Source: Patescibacteria group bacterium (GTDB lineage Bacteria > Patescibacteriota > Minisyncoccia > Phycocordibacterales > JAKFXT01). From it: DNA of 64,000 nucleotides. The stretch covers positions 1,045-65,044 of the forward strand of contig JAKFXT010000008.1 of NCBI GenBank assembly GCA_021731245.1, written 5' to 3'. Below the pieces are notes generated by a model. That model was not told where the DNA came from. It did not search any database and was given only the letters and a program-made list of their open reading frames with translations. The position numbers and the translations under genes are program-made. Positions 48,747 to 56,845 of the stretch are shown here, one piece after another (within the stretch, counting starts at the first letter, position 1; every line of letters starts with the position of its first letter).

Positions 48747-49013
48747 ATGAAAACCAGTAAGCAACTAGAAAGATATTTCAAAGGTGCAGCAAATCATTGG
48801 CGCATTTCCATATTGTTATTAGTCGACAAACAAGAGGGCGTTACAGTAGAGGGTATTGCGGATAATTTGAATGGAAATTTAAAAACAATTTCTCAACACA
48901 CAAGGTCTTTGGTTCATGCTGGGTTACTTAATAAAAAATATAAAGGTAACAGAGTTAATCACACTCTATCTCCTTATGGAAAAATGTTTTTACGCTTCAT
49001 AAAACTATTCTGA
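48747..49013 (+). CDS. winged helix-turn-helix (ArsR-like) regulator
   Basis: FKGAANHWRISIL, TVEGIA..L..NLKTISQH...L..AGLL.K. Confidence 0.85.
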   Translation: MKTSKQLERYFKGAANHWRISILLLVDKQEGVTVEGIADNLNGNLKTISQHTRSLVHAGLLNKKYKGNRVNHTLSPYGKMFLRFIKLF

Positions 49014-49040
49014 TATTCTGCAGAATATCAGAATAGTTTT
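49001..49040. repeat. 40-bp perfect palindrome (right copy) overlapping the HTH stop codon
   Basis: AAAACTATTCTGATATTCTG|CAGAATATCAGAATAGTTTT. Confidence 0.9.
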
Positions 49041-49124
49041 ATGGCAATTGGGAAGACAAGAGATTGAGGAAAAGAGGTTTTTGTTGTAAATTAGTTAAGT
49101 TTTGCAAAGTTTCGTGTTTAGAGC

Positions 49125-49195
49125 TGGGGGATCGTCTAATGGTAGGACAGCGGCCTTTGAAGCCGTTAATTGGGGTTCGAGTCCCTGTCCCCCAG
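49125..49195 (+). tRNA. tRNA-Gln(TTG)
   Basis: TGGGGGA/TCCCCCA-G, GCGGC-CTTTGAA-GCCGT. Confidence 0.93.
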
Positions 49196-49222
49196 CTTTG
49201 AACAGGAAAATAAAATAATTTT

Positions 49223-49474
49223 ATGACTATTAAAACTATTGCCGGAGGTACAGTGCATAAAATGCCGGAAGATTTAAAGAAGGTAATTATTGCGGCACCT
49301 GTTGCGCGAAAATTATGGGACGATATAACCCCACTTGCACGCAATGAGTGGATTTGTTGGGTGACCTCCGGCAAAAAAGCAGAAACTAGAGGTATTCGAA
49401 TTCAAAAAGGAATCTCGAGGATGAAAGGTGGAATGAGGAGACCTTGTTGTTGGGAAGGATGTTCCCATCGTTGA
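49223..49474 (+). CDS. YdeI/OmpD-associated family protein
   Basis: MPEDL...W..ITPLARNEWICWV...KK.ETR..RI, RRPCCW.GC.HR. Confidence 0.8.
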   Translation: MTIKTIAGGTVHKMPEDLKKVIIAAPVARKLWDDITPLARNEWICWVTSGKKAETRGIRIQKGISRMKGGMRRPCCWEGCSHR

Positions 49475-49579
49475 GGAGCTTAGGCGACGAAATACTGAGG
49501 TCAGCAGATCCGAATGTGCTGATATTTTTTAGTAAAACCTTCATGGAGTTTTAATGTAGAGGTTTGTTATAATGCGTTC

Positions 49580-50083
49580 ATGAAAAATCCTGTCACCATT
49601 CTTTTGGTTGTCGCCGTTATTTTTATGCTTGGATATATAGTTAATTTGAAAGTTTCAAATAAGGATTCAGACACTGACAAAACTCCTGTAACGACAAATA
49701 ATAATGGTCCAAAGATAAATCTAAGTAATCAGGGACTTACAAAAGCCCCAGAATACATCTTTAGTCAAAGTAATCTTGAAGAATTGGACCTCTCTTATAA
49801 TTCGATTGGGGGCGCTTTGCAATCTCAGATTAGAAACTTGAAAAAATTGAAAGTTCTAAACTTAAGTAATAATAAATTTACAGGGGTGCCGGCTGAGGTG
49901 GGTCAACTTGTAAATTTAGAAGTATTAAATTTGAGCAAAAATCAAATTACAGGTTTGCCATACGAGCTTGGTAATTTGAAAAATCTTAAACTTCTCGACT
50001 TATCTCAGAATCAATATTCAGAAATAGATTTGGCAAAAATAAAAGAAACTTTACCAAAAACAACTATTATTAAAACAAAGTAG
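49580..50083 (+). CDS. membrane-anchored leucine-rich repeat protein
   Basis: Repeated LxxLxLSxNxl..LP motifs after a TM helix. Confidence 0.9.
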   Translation: MKNPVTILLVVAVIFMLGYIVNLKVSNKDSDTDKTPVTTNNNGPKINLSNQGLTKAPEYIFSQSNLEELDLSYNSIGGALQSQIRNLKKLKVLNLSNNKFTGVPAEVGQLVNLEVLNLSKNQITGLPYELGNLKNLKLLDLSQNQYSEIDLAKIKETLPKTTIIKTK

Positions 50084-50109
50084 TCACGAATAGAGAATGG
50101 TCCAAATTT

Positions 50110-50754
50110 GTGAAGCCTCATTTTAAATATTTTCTATATGGTTGCGGAATAATTGCGATTTTTGTTTTGATTATAAATTTGGCTTTTTACTTTAAGACAA
50201 AGTCATTTATATATAAAAACGTTGATGATATCCCTACAACACAAGTAGTAATTATTCCTGGCGCGGCAATACTGAAAAGCGGAGAGCTTTCTCCAATTTT
50301 TAAAGACAGGGTGGATAAAGCTATAGAATTATATAATTTGAAAAAAGTTTCTAAGATTCTGGTTTCGGGTGACAATAGCACTGTAAGTTACAACGAAGTG
50401 AACCCTGTTCGTATATATCTTTTGGAAAGAGGTATACCAGACCAAGATATTTTTCTAGATCATGCTGGGTTTGATACTTATAGTACTATGTATCGCGCCC
50501 GTGACGTTTTTGGCGCCACCTCAACCGTTATTTCGACTCAGGACTTTCATTTGCCAAGAGCTGTATTTATAGGGAAAAGTCTAGGTTTAACAGCTTATGG
50601 TGCCGATGCCGATACGCTCAATATTCTCCCGCGTAATTATGTTCGTGAAGTCTTTGCCAATGTGAAAGCCTTTTTAAATCTATCTTTTGATAGACTACCT
50701 AAATATCTAGGAGAGCCTATTCCTATAACAGGAGATGGCAGAATTTACCCTTAA
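50110..50754 (+). CDS. SanA/ElyC (DUF218) family protein
   Basis: ILVSGDN, YNEV, DHAGFDTYSTMYRA, TQDFHLPRA, REVFA. Confidence 0.88.
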   Translation: MKPHFKYFLYGCGIIAIFVLIINLAFYFKTKSFIYKNVDDIPTTQVVIIPGAAILKSGELSPIFKDRVDKAIELYNLKKVSKILVSGDNSTVSYNEVNPVRIYLLERGIPDQDIFLDHAGFDTYSTMYRARDVFGATSTVISTQDFHLPRAVFIGKSLGLTAYGADADTLNILPRNYVREVFANVKAFLNLSFDRLPKYLGEPIPITGDGRIYP

Positions 50755-50820
50755 TAATTGATTACAAAAACTTTTGAATATGATTAATGTAATAAAAAAC
50801 ATATTTACCCGTCTATATCT

Positions 50821-51345
50821 ATGAAGGCAGATAATGATAAAATGGAGAAAACCTTTCTAAGAGCATATGAAGATTATAGTGATGCCATTTTTCGCTTCTG
50901 CTACTACAAAACCAATGATAGAGAAGTTGCAAAAGATTTGGCACAAGAAACCTTTGTTAAAACCTGGGACTCTATTCGGGCGGGGAAAGCTGTCAACAAT
51001 TTCAAAGTTTTTCTTTATTTTGTGGCGAGAAATACAGTCATTGATTTTTGGCGCAAAAAGAAATCTATTCCAGAAAGTAGATTGGAGGAAGATTTTTTTG
51101 AAACTGTCGCAAGTGGAGAAGACAGTGAGATGGACGCCGAAATTAGTTTACTTATCTTAAATATGAAGAAATTAGAAAATTCTGATCGCGAACTCATCAC
51201 ACTTAGATTTATTGAAGGTTTAGGTATAAAAGAAATAGCCACGATTTTAAATGAAAGAGAAAATACTGTTTCTGTCCGAATGATGAGAGCTGTGGAACGC
51301 CTGAAAAAAATCACAATGGGACCAGATGGTAATAATAAAATTTAA
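50821..51345 (+). CDS. ECF-type RNA polymerase sigma factor
   Basis: AKDLAQETFVKTW, VARNTVIDFWRK, region 4 EIA.IL...ENTVSVR..RA. Confidence 0.92.
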   Translation: MKADNDKMEKTFLRAYEDYSDAIFRFCYYKTNDREVAKDLAQETFVKTWDSIRAGKAVNNFKVFLYFVARNTVIDFWRKKKSIPESRLEEDFFETVASGEDSEMDAEISLLILNMKKLENSDRELITLRFIEGLGIKEIATILNERENTVSVRMMRAVERLKKITMGPDGNNKI

Positions 51346-51349
51346 ATAT

Positions 51350-52753
51350 ATGGAAGAATCATTTGAAAAAAGAATAGAAAAGTTAAAAAGTGTTTCTCAA
51401 AATATTTCCCTTAGAAAAGAGGAGAAGCTTTTGATGCGTGAGAACATTAATAAGTATATGGAAAGTTTCCCTTTGATAGCCAAGTTAGGTGTAATAGAAA
51501 GCCTGATGGCACGTCTTAATAGTTGGAAGCAGGCAATATTAAGCTTCCGATTATTAGCTTTAAAGAAAACCAAAATTATGATAACTGCAATAATAAGTCT
51601 AGTTTTAGCCCTTTCAGGAGGAGTATCATTCGCCGCTCAAGGGTCTGTCCCAGGAGATGCGCTCTACCCGATTAAGGTTAACGTTAATGAAAAGGCCCAA
51701 GTACTTTTGGCAGTTTCGCCAGAAGCCAAGTTAGCTTTGCAAGGGAAGTTAGCTGAATATCGTCTAGAAGAAGCATCTAAATTAGCCGCTGAAGGTAAAT
51801 TAAACGCGGAAAATAAAAAAGAATTAGAAGCTCGTTTCAAGGCCAATGTTAAGGTGTTTACAGAAAATTCCAAAAAACTTTCCGATAATGATAAAAATTT
51901 TAATCCCACAGACTTAAACATTCGCTTTGAGTCACAAATAAAAGCTTATGAAGCGGTGTTGCAAAACATCTTGAATCAATCCGCCTCAACCACAGCGACA
52001 AGTACAACGAATGGTGCCAATCAATTCTTGTTCACTATTAACGATGCCAAAATGAAAATTCAGGAAAATAGAGGACAGTTTGAACTCAAATTAGGTGGAA
52101 CTCTCAGTGTTCTCAATGGCTCTACTACTGCCACAACCACAGTGAAGGTTCACGCAACTAGCACTAAGGAAATGGCCGAAGGAAAACAAAGAGCCGCTGA
52201 AAATGTATTAGCTTCCGCCAAATCTATGTTTGAAAGAGCTGAGGATAAACTAGCCACTACCACAGAAGTTCAAGTTCAAGCTAAACTCGATGAATCAAAT
52301 AGAAATATAGTTGAGGGTAAGACTAAGGTTACTGCTGGGAATTATGCCGGAGCAATAATCAATTTCCAAACAGCCATTAGATTAGCTAATGATGCCAAAG
52401 TTCTCACTATGACTAGTCTTGTTAAGACTCACATAAAGATAGATATAAGAGATGATCATAAAGACAAAAAGGATAAAGATGATGACAAAGATGACAAGCA
52501 TCGTGACAATGATGATAAATACAAAACATCAACCACGACTTATAACAAAGATGGAAAAATCTACTATAGACCAAGCATTGATATAAAAAATATCATTGAT
52601 GTCAAGAAAGTAGAAAATAATAATAACAACAACGATAATGATGATGACGACAATAAAGATGAAAAGAAGCATGTAGAGACTAACGTCAAAATAAATGGGA
52701 ACTCCAATAATGGAGAAGTGAACATTGATGTAAGAGGAAAAATTGGATTATAG
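51350..52753 (+). CDS. putative anti-sigma factor (DUF5667-like) with a low-complexity tail
   Basis: TM helix then AAQGSVPGDALYPIKVNVNE, RLEEA; D/K/N-rich C-terminus; directly after the ECF sigma. Confidence 0.75.
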   Translation: MEESFEKRIEKLKSVSQNISLRKEEKLLMRENINKYMESFPLIAKLGVIESLMARLNSWKQAILSFRLLALKKTKIMITAIISLVLALSGGVSFAAQGSVPGDALYPIKVNVNEKAQVLLAVSPEAKLALQGKLAEYRLEEASKLAAEGKLNAENKKELEARFKANVKVFTENSKKLSDNDKNFNPTDLNIRFESQIKAYEAVLQNILNQSASTTATSTTNGANQFLFTINDAKMKIQENRGQFELKLGGTLSVLNGSTTATTTVKVHATSTKEMAEGKQRAAENVLASAKSMFERAEDKLATTTEVQVQAKLDESNRNIVEGKTKVTAGNYAGAIINFQTAIRLANDAKVLTMTSLVKTHIKIDIRDDHKDKKDKDDDKDDKHRDNDDKYKTSTTTYNKDGKIYYRPSIDIKNIIDVKKVENNNNNNDNDDDDNKDEKKHVETNVKINGNSNNGEVNIDVRGKIGL

Positions 52754-52767
52754 ATTCTGAAAATTAG

Positions 52768-52814
52768 AAAACCCGCCTAAGGTATAAGGTTAGCCCTTAC
52801 CTTAGGCGGGTTTT
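52768..52814 (+). terminator. long hairpin terminator
   Basis: AAAACCCGCCTAAGGTA..TACCTTAGGCGGGTTTT. Confidence 0.75.
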
Positions 52815-52881
52815 CCTTTTATCGATTACTTATGATAAATTTAGTAAGGTATATAAAATTACAAATATTAAATAACACTCA

Positions 52882-54000
52882 ATGAGAAAATACGTATCAG
52901 TTTTTGTCTTAACAATATTTTTAGCCCTTGCTCCTACGGCCCTTGCTCATGAGTCCCGCACATATGAAATAAACGGAAATGAATATGCGTTCACCGTTGG
53001 TTCTTTGGGGGAACCTGTTGTGGTAGACGATAAAAGCGGAGTCGACTTAGGTATTAAACGCTTCGGCGCTGCACTTGAAGGAGCAGAGAAAATTTTGAAG
53101 GTTGAAGTAAAGAGCGGTGATGTCAAAAAAGTTTTTGACTTAGAGACTGTTTGGGGAGAAGTTGGGAAATACAAAACTACATTTTTTATTACAAAGGAGG
53201 ACCCTATCTCATACAGGTTTATAGGAACTATAGATGGTAGAGAAATTGATTTTCTGTTTGAGTGTTCTCCTAAGGGACACCAAATGAATGCAATGGAGGA
53301 AGATAAAACCAGGACTAAATTATCAGAAAATGTTTTCCTAATTTCAAAGAAAGGTTCATTTGGTTGCCCTGCAAAAAAGAGCGATTATCAATTTCCTGTT
53401 TCTACAAAAGATCAGCTTCATTTGAATAACGGTATATTTTTCGCAATCTTTCTAGGTATTGTAGGAACAATTCTTTCCATTTGGGCTATTTTAAGAAATA
53501 GGAATAATGGAAATCAAATGGTGGAGTCTGTGAGTAACAAAAAAATAATTCGTATATTAATCATCGCCCTAATCTTAGGACTTGTCGTTTATGGAGTATT
53601 TTGTCTAAATAGCAGAACTGATAAGAAAGACAAAGTGGAAGTGCCTATGGACCATATGGCTCATCCTATGGTTGAAATAAATCTTTCTAGTCCGATTCCA
53701 AAATTATCTCTGGATGTGGTTAAAGATTCAAAGGATGGATATAACATTCATCTGATTACTCAAAATTATTCCTTTACTCCAGAAAGTGTTGGCGGAAAGA
53801 ATAAGGACAATACTGGACACGCGCATTTGTATGTAAATGGGGTCAAAGTAGCTAGACTTTATAGCTCATGGTTTAACCTTGGGAACAGTTTTTTGAAAGA
53901 AGGAGAGAATCTTATTGAAGTTACTCTTAATGCAAATGACCACAGCGAATGGGTGCAAAAAGGTGAACACATTTCTGCTAAAACAAAAATAATAAAATAG
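52882..54000 (+). CDS. two-domain membrane protein with His/Met-rich putative metal-binding motifs
   Basis: Signal peptide ending ALA-HE, two central TMs, MDHMAH, GHAHLYVNG, TLNANDH. Confidence 0.6.
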   Translation: MRKYVSVFVLTIFLALAPTALAHESRTYEINGNEYAFTVGSLGEPVVVDDKSGVDLGIKRFGAALEGAEKILKVEVKSGDVKKVFDLETVWGEVGKYKTTFFITKEDPISYRFIGTIDGREIDFLFECSPKGHQMNAMEEDKTRTKLSENVFLISKKGSFGCPAKKSDYQFPVSTKDQLHLNNGIFFAIFLGIVGTILSIWAILRNRNNGNQMVESVSNKKIIRILIIALILGLVVYGVFCLNSRTDKKDKVEVPMDHMAHPMVEINLSSPIPKLSLDVVKDSKDGYNIHLITQNYSFTPESVGGKNKDNTGHAHLYVNGVKVARLYSSWFNLGNSFLKEGENLIEVTLNANDHSEWVQKGEHISAKTKIIK

Positions 54001-54003
54001 TTA

Positions 54004-54420
54004 ATGAAAAGTATAACTGTAGAAGTAATTGTAGGTGCACCAATAGAAAAGGTATGGAAGATGTGGACTGGTCCGGAGCATATTGTACATTGGTGTCACG
54101 CATCTGATGACTGGGAGTGTCCGAAGGCTGAAAATGATTTGAGAGTGGGAGGAAGATTTTTATCAACTTTTGCCGCTAAAGATAAATCACAATCTTTCGA
54201 TTTAACGGGGACTTATACGGCAGTGGAAGAAAATAAATTGATTGGCTACACCATGGATGGGGATGATGCTAGAAAAGTGGAGATTCATTTTGAAAAAGTT
54301 GATGGGGGAGTAAAAATTACTGAGACTTTTGATATGGAAAATCAAAATTCTGAAGAGCTCCAGCGCTCCGGCTGGCAAGCAATACTGAATAATTTTAAAT
54401 CTTACGTCGAGAGTAATTAG
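54004..54420 (+). CDS. SRPBCC/AHSA1 family protein
   Basis: APIEKVW..WT.PEHI..W, DLRVGGRF, QRSGWQAILNNF. Confidence 0.9.
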   Translation: MKSITVEVIVGAPIEKVWKMWTGPEHIVHWCHASDDWECPKAENDLRVGGRFLSTFAAKDKSQSFDLTGTYTAVEENKLIGYTMDGDDARKVEIHFEKVDGGVKITETFDMENQNSEELQRSGWQAILNNFKSYVESN

Positions 54421-54466
54421 AGAGTAATTAATTTTAAATAAAAAGAAGCCCGCATCGCGGGCTTCG

Positions 54467-54829
54467 TCAGGCGGCTTTTTTCTCTCCTTTTTGATCTTCA
54501 CGCTCAAATTCTCGTTCCATCTCTTCTTCCATGTCCCGAAGATCTTTGGGACACACAGGGTCGTGTCTCTTTGTCACGAAGAAGTGGGGTTTTTCATTTA
54601 GCTTTTTTTCTACCCAAATCTCGCAGCTATACCACTCTCCAGCGTGGATTCCTTCTCTGCAGTAGGAGCAGTCGTGCCATTGCCAGGCCATTCGACTGAA
54701 GTTTCGAAGCAGACGCAGGTACTCTCGATAGGATTCGTCGTTGTCTGCAAAGAGCTCGCCGAATTCACCGGGATTTGGGTCTAAATGAAGTGGAGTTCCC
54801 GCCACTTCATGCACAATGATTTCTTGCAT
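54467..54829 (-). CDS. hypothetical zinc-finger-like protein (GC-rich orphan)
   Basis: GTTCTTTCATAAGGAG leader; HDCSYCREGIHAGEWY...RHDPVCP; hairpin 54445-54465. Confidence 0.65.
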   Translation of the reverse strand: MQEIIVHEVAGTPLHLDPNPGEFGELFADNDESYREYLRLLRNFSRMAWQWHDCSYCREGIHAGEWYSCEIWVEKKLNEKPHFFVTKRHDPVCPKDLRDMEEEMEREFEREDQKGEKKAA

Positions 54830-54983
54830 GGTGGCTCCTTATGAAAGAACGGGTGGGATTCAGAAAATACTATACTATATAAATTTTCTAATGCGCAAAC
54901 GGTGATTTTAAATGGGCTCTTGTGACTATATCTATAGAGTAGTAGACTTTTTTGATGGGTATTTAATTCATTTAAAAATAATA

Positions 54984-55634
54984 ATGAGTGATGAAAAACA
55001 AATTATAATTTGTGAGCATTGTGGTAATAAAACTCCCCACGAGGTAATTTTTAACGTGAGTGGCCCAGATGAAATAATTGATTTGGGGGATGGACACGAG
55101 TTCGGTGTAGCTACGTTTTATTTTGTAGCAAAATGTAATGTATGTTCAGAAATATCATTTTATACAGATTGGGAAGAGAGTGGTAATTTAGGACAATTAA
55201 GCGAGGCCGTTCTACTTTACCCAACAAAGAATAAGTTAGATAAAATTGTTCCCGAGCCTATAATTAAGGATTATGAAGAAGCAAAAAAAGTCATAAAGAA
55301 ATCACCGATAGCTTTCGCTGTTTTAGTTAGAAGGGCTCTTGAGAATGTATGTATAAATAAAAGTGCTGTCGGAAAAAATTTAAAACAAAAACTTGATGAT
55401 TTAGGAAAAAAAGGAGTTATTCCAGAATCTCTATCAAAAATGGCAGATGCTATAAGATATCTAGGTAATGCTGGGGCGCACGCGGGGGGAGAAGATATTG
55501 ATGACGAAGAGGCAAAAATACTTGACGATTTTGTTAGGGCTATTATTGAGTATGTGTATGTTGCTCCTGATAAATTAAATAAACTTGCCAACAAAATAAG
55601 TAAGAAAAAAAATCATATTGAAAATAAAAAATAA
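54984..55634 (+). CDS. DUF4145 domain (HEPN-like) protein
   Basis: CxxC pairs, DYEEA, VRRALE, IRYLGNAGAH. Confidence 0.85.
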   Translation: MSDEKQIIICEHCGNKTPHEVIFNVSGPDEIIDLGDGHEFGVATFYFVAKCNVCSEISFYTDWEESGNLGQLSEAVLLYPTKNKLDKIVPEPIIKDYEEAKKVIKKSPIAFAVLVRRALENVCINKSAVGKNLKQKLDDLGKKGVIPESLSKMADAIRYLGNAGAHAGGEDIDDEEAKILDDFVRAIIEYVYVAPDKLNKLANKISKKKNHIENKK

Positions 55635-55637
55635 ATT

Positions 55638-55964
55638 ATGCACACCAATCTCGACAACTTAATAAAATTTATCACTAAGAACTATCCTTTTTCGGAGGAG
55701 ACGCATTCTAAGGTTAAGGGTTTGAGTAAAGATGAGTGGCATTTATTTGCTGTGAGGCATTTAGCCATGCACCACGCTAAAACCGCTGGAAAAATAGTTG
55801 GGGTGGTGGAACCAACGGACCATGGAGAAGAAATAAATGTTGCGCAAATAAAAGAAGACTTGCCTAAAGCTTTGGTAAATACCCTGAGACTTGCTGAACT
55901 TGTGGGTATGACTGAAAAAGATTTTATAGAAGCACTTGAAAAGATGTATAACGATAAGGTATAA
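55638..55964 (+). CDS. hypothetical helical protein (possibly MazG-like fold)
   Basis: H...H..KTAGKI...E..DH pattern; co-oriented. Confidence 0.55.
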   Translation: MHTNLDNLIKFITKNYPFSEETHSKVKGLSKDEWHLFAVRHLAMHHAKTAGKIVGVVEPTDHGEEINVAQIKEDLPKALVNTLRLAELVGMTEKDFIEALEKMYNDKV

Positions 55965-55972
55965 AATACTTT

Positions 55973-56836
55973 ATGACCAAACACACCGTCATACTTTTCT
56001 ATAAATTCACCAATCTTAAGAACCCAGAAAGGTTGGCCAAATTGCACAGCCTCAAGTGCAAGGAGCTTAATTTGTTGGGGCGTATGATTCTGGCTCGCGA
56101 GGGGGTGAATGCGACATTTGAGGGCCTCACTAAAAATATAAATGCCTATAAGAGATTCCTAAAGAGAGATAAAATTTTTAAGAATATAGTAATAAAAGAG
56201 AGTGCGGGAAATGGTAAAGCTTTTACTAAACTTTCTGTTCGGGTGCGAGATGAGGTAGTGACACTTGGAACTCCAAATAAATTTAATATAAAAAAGGAAA
56301 CGGCTAAAGAGATAACAGCGACACAACTGCAAAAAATGTATGAGAAGAATGAGGACTTTGTAATTTTGGATTTGCGAAATGATTATGAAATAGCGAGTGG
56401 TAAGTTTGATAAAACAGTGGACCCAGGGTTAACGAATTTCCGAGATTTGCCAGCGAAAATAAAAGAGATTGCCCCGCTGAAAAGGAAAAAGACAATAACT
56501 GTTTGTACGGGTGGAATTCGCTGTGAGAAAGCAACCTGTCTTTTGAAGCGAGAAGGGTTTACTGATTTGTATCAGCTTAAAGATGGTATTCATACCTATA
56601 TGAAAAAATATCCTGCCAAGCACTTCAAGGGAACTCTATTTGTCTTTGATAATAGGATGACGACGGATGTGGTTAAGACGAGAAAAAAAGAAGTAATAGG
56701 TAGATGTAGCTTTTGCGACATTAAGACAGAAAATTATTGTTCTGATGATAGTGTTCGGCCATCTAGAAAAATCCTTTGTTGCGAAAAATGTTTCAAAAAA
56801 GAAGGGGCTCATTTGCGTGAAAGTGTGAGTGTGTAG
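55973..56836 (+). CDS. trhO: rhodanese-related tRNA uridine(34) hydroxylase (TrhO/YceA family)
   Basis: LFYKF, GRMILAREGVN, DLRNDYE..GKF, CTGGIRCEK, L.DGIH.Y, FVFDNR. Confidence 0.88.
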   Translation: MTKHTVILFYKFTNLKNPERLAKLHSLKCKELNLLGRMILAREGVNATFEGLTKNINAYKRFLKRDKIFKNIVIKESAGNGKAFTKLSVRVRDEVVTLGTPNKFNIKKETAKEITATQLQKMYEKNEDFVILDLRNDYEIASGKFDKTVDPGLTNFRDLPAKIKEIAPLKRKKTITVCTGGIRCEKATCLLKREGFTDLYQLKDGIHTYMKKYPAKHFKGTLFVFDNRMTTDVVKTRKKEVIGRCSFCDIKTENYCSDDSVRPSRKILCCEKCFKKEGAHLRESVSV

Positions 56837-56845
56837 AATAAGTAT

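Noticed and set aside
52440-52670. GAT/AAT-rich tract as a DNA repeat element
   Set aside because: It is an in-frame low-complexity D/K/N tail of the anti-sigma-like protein
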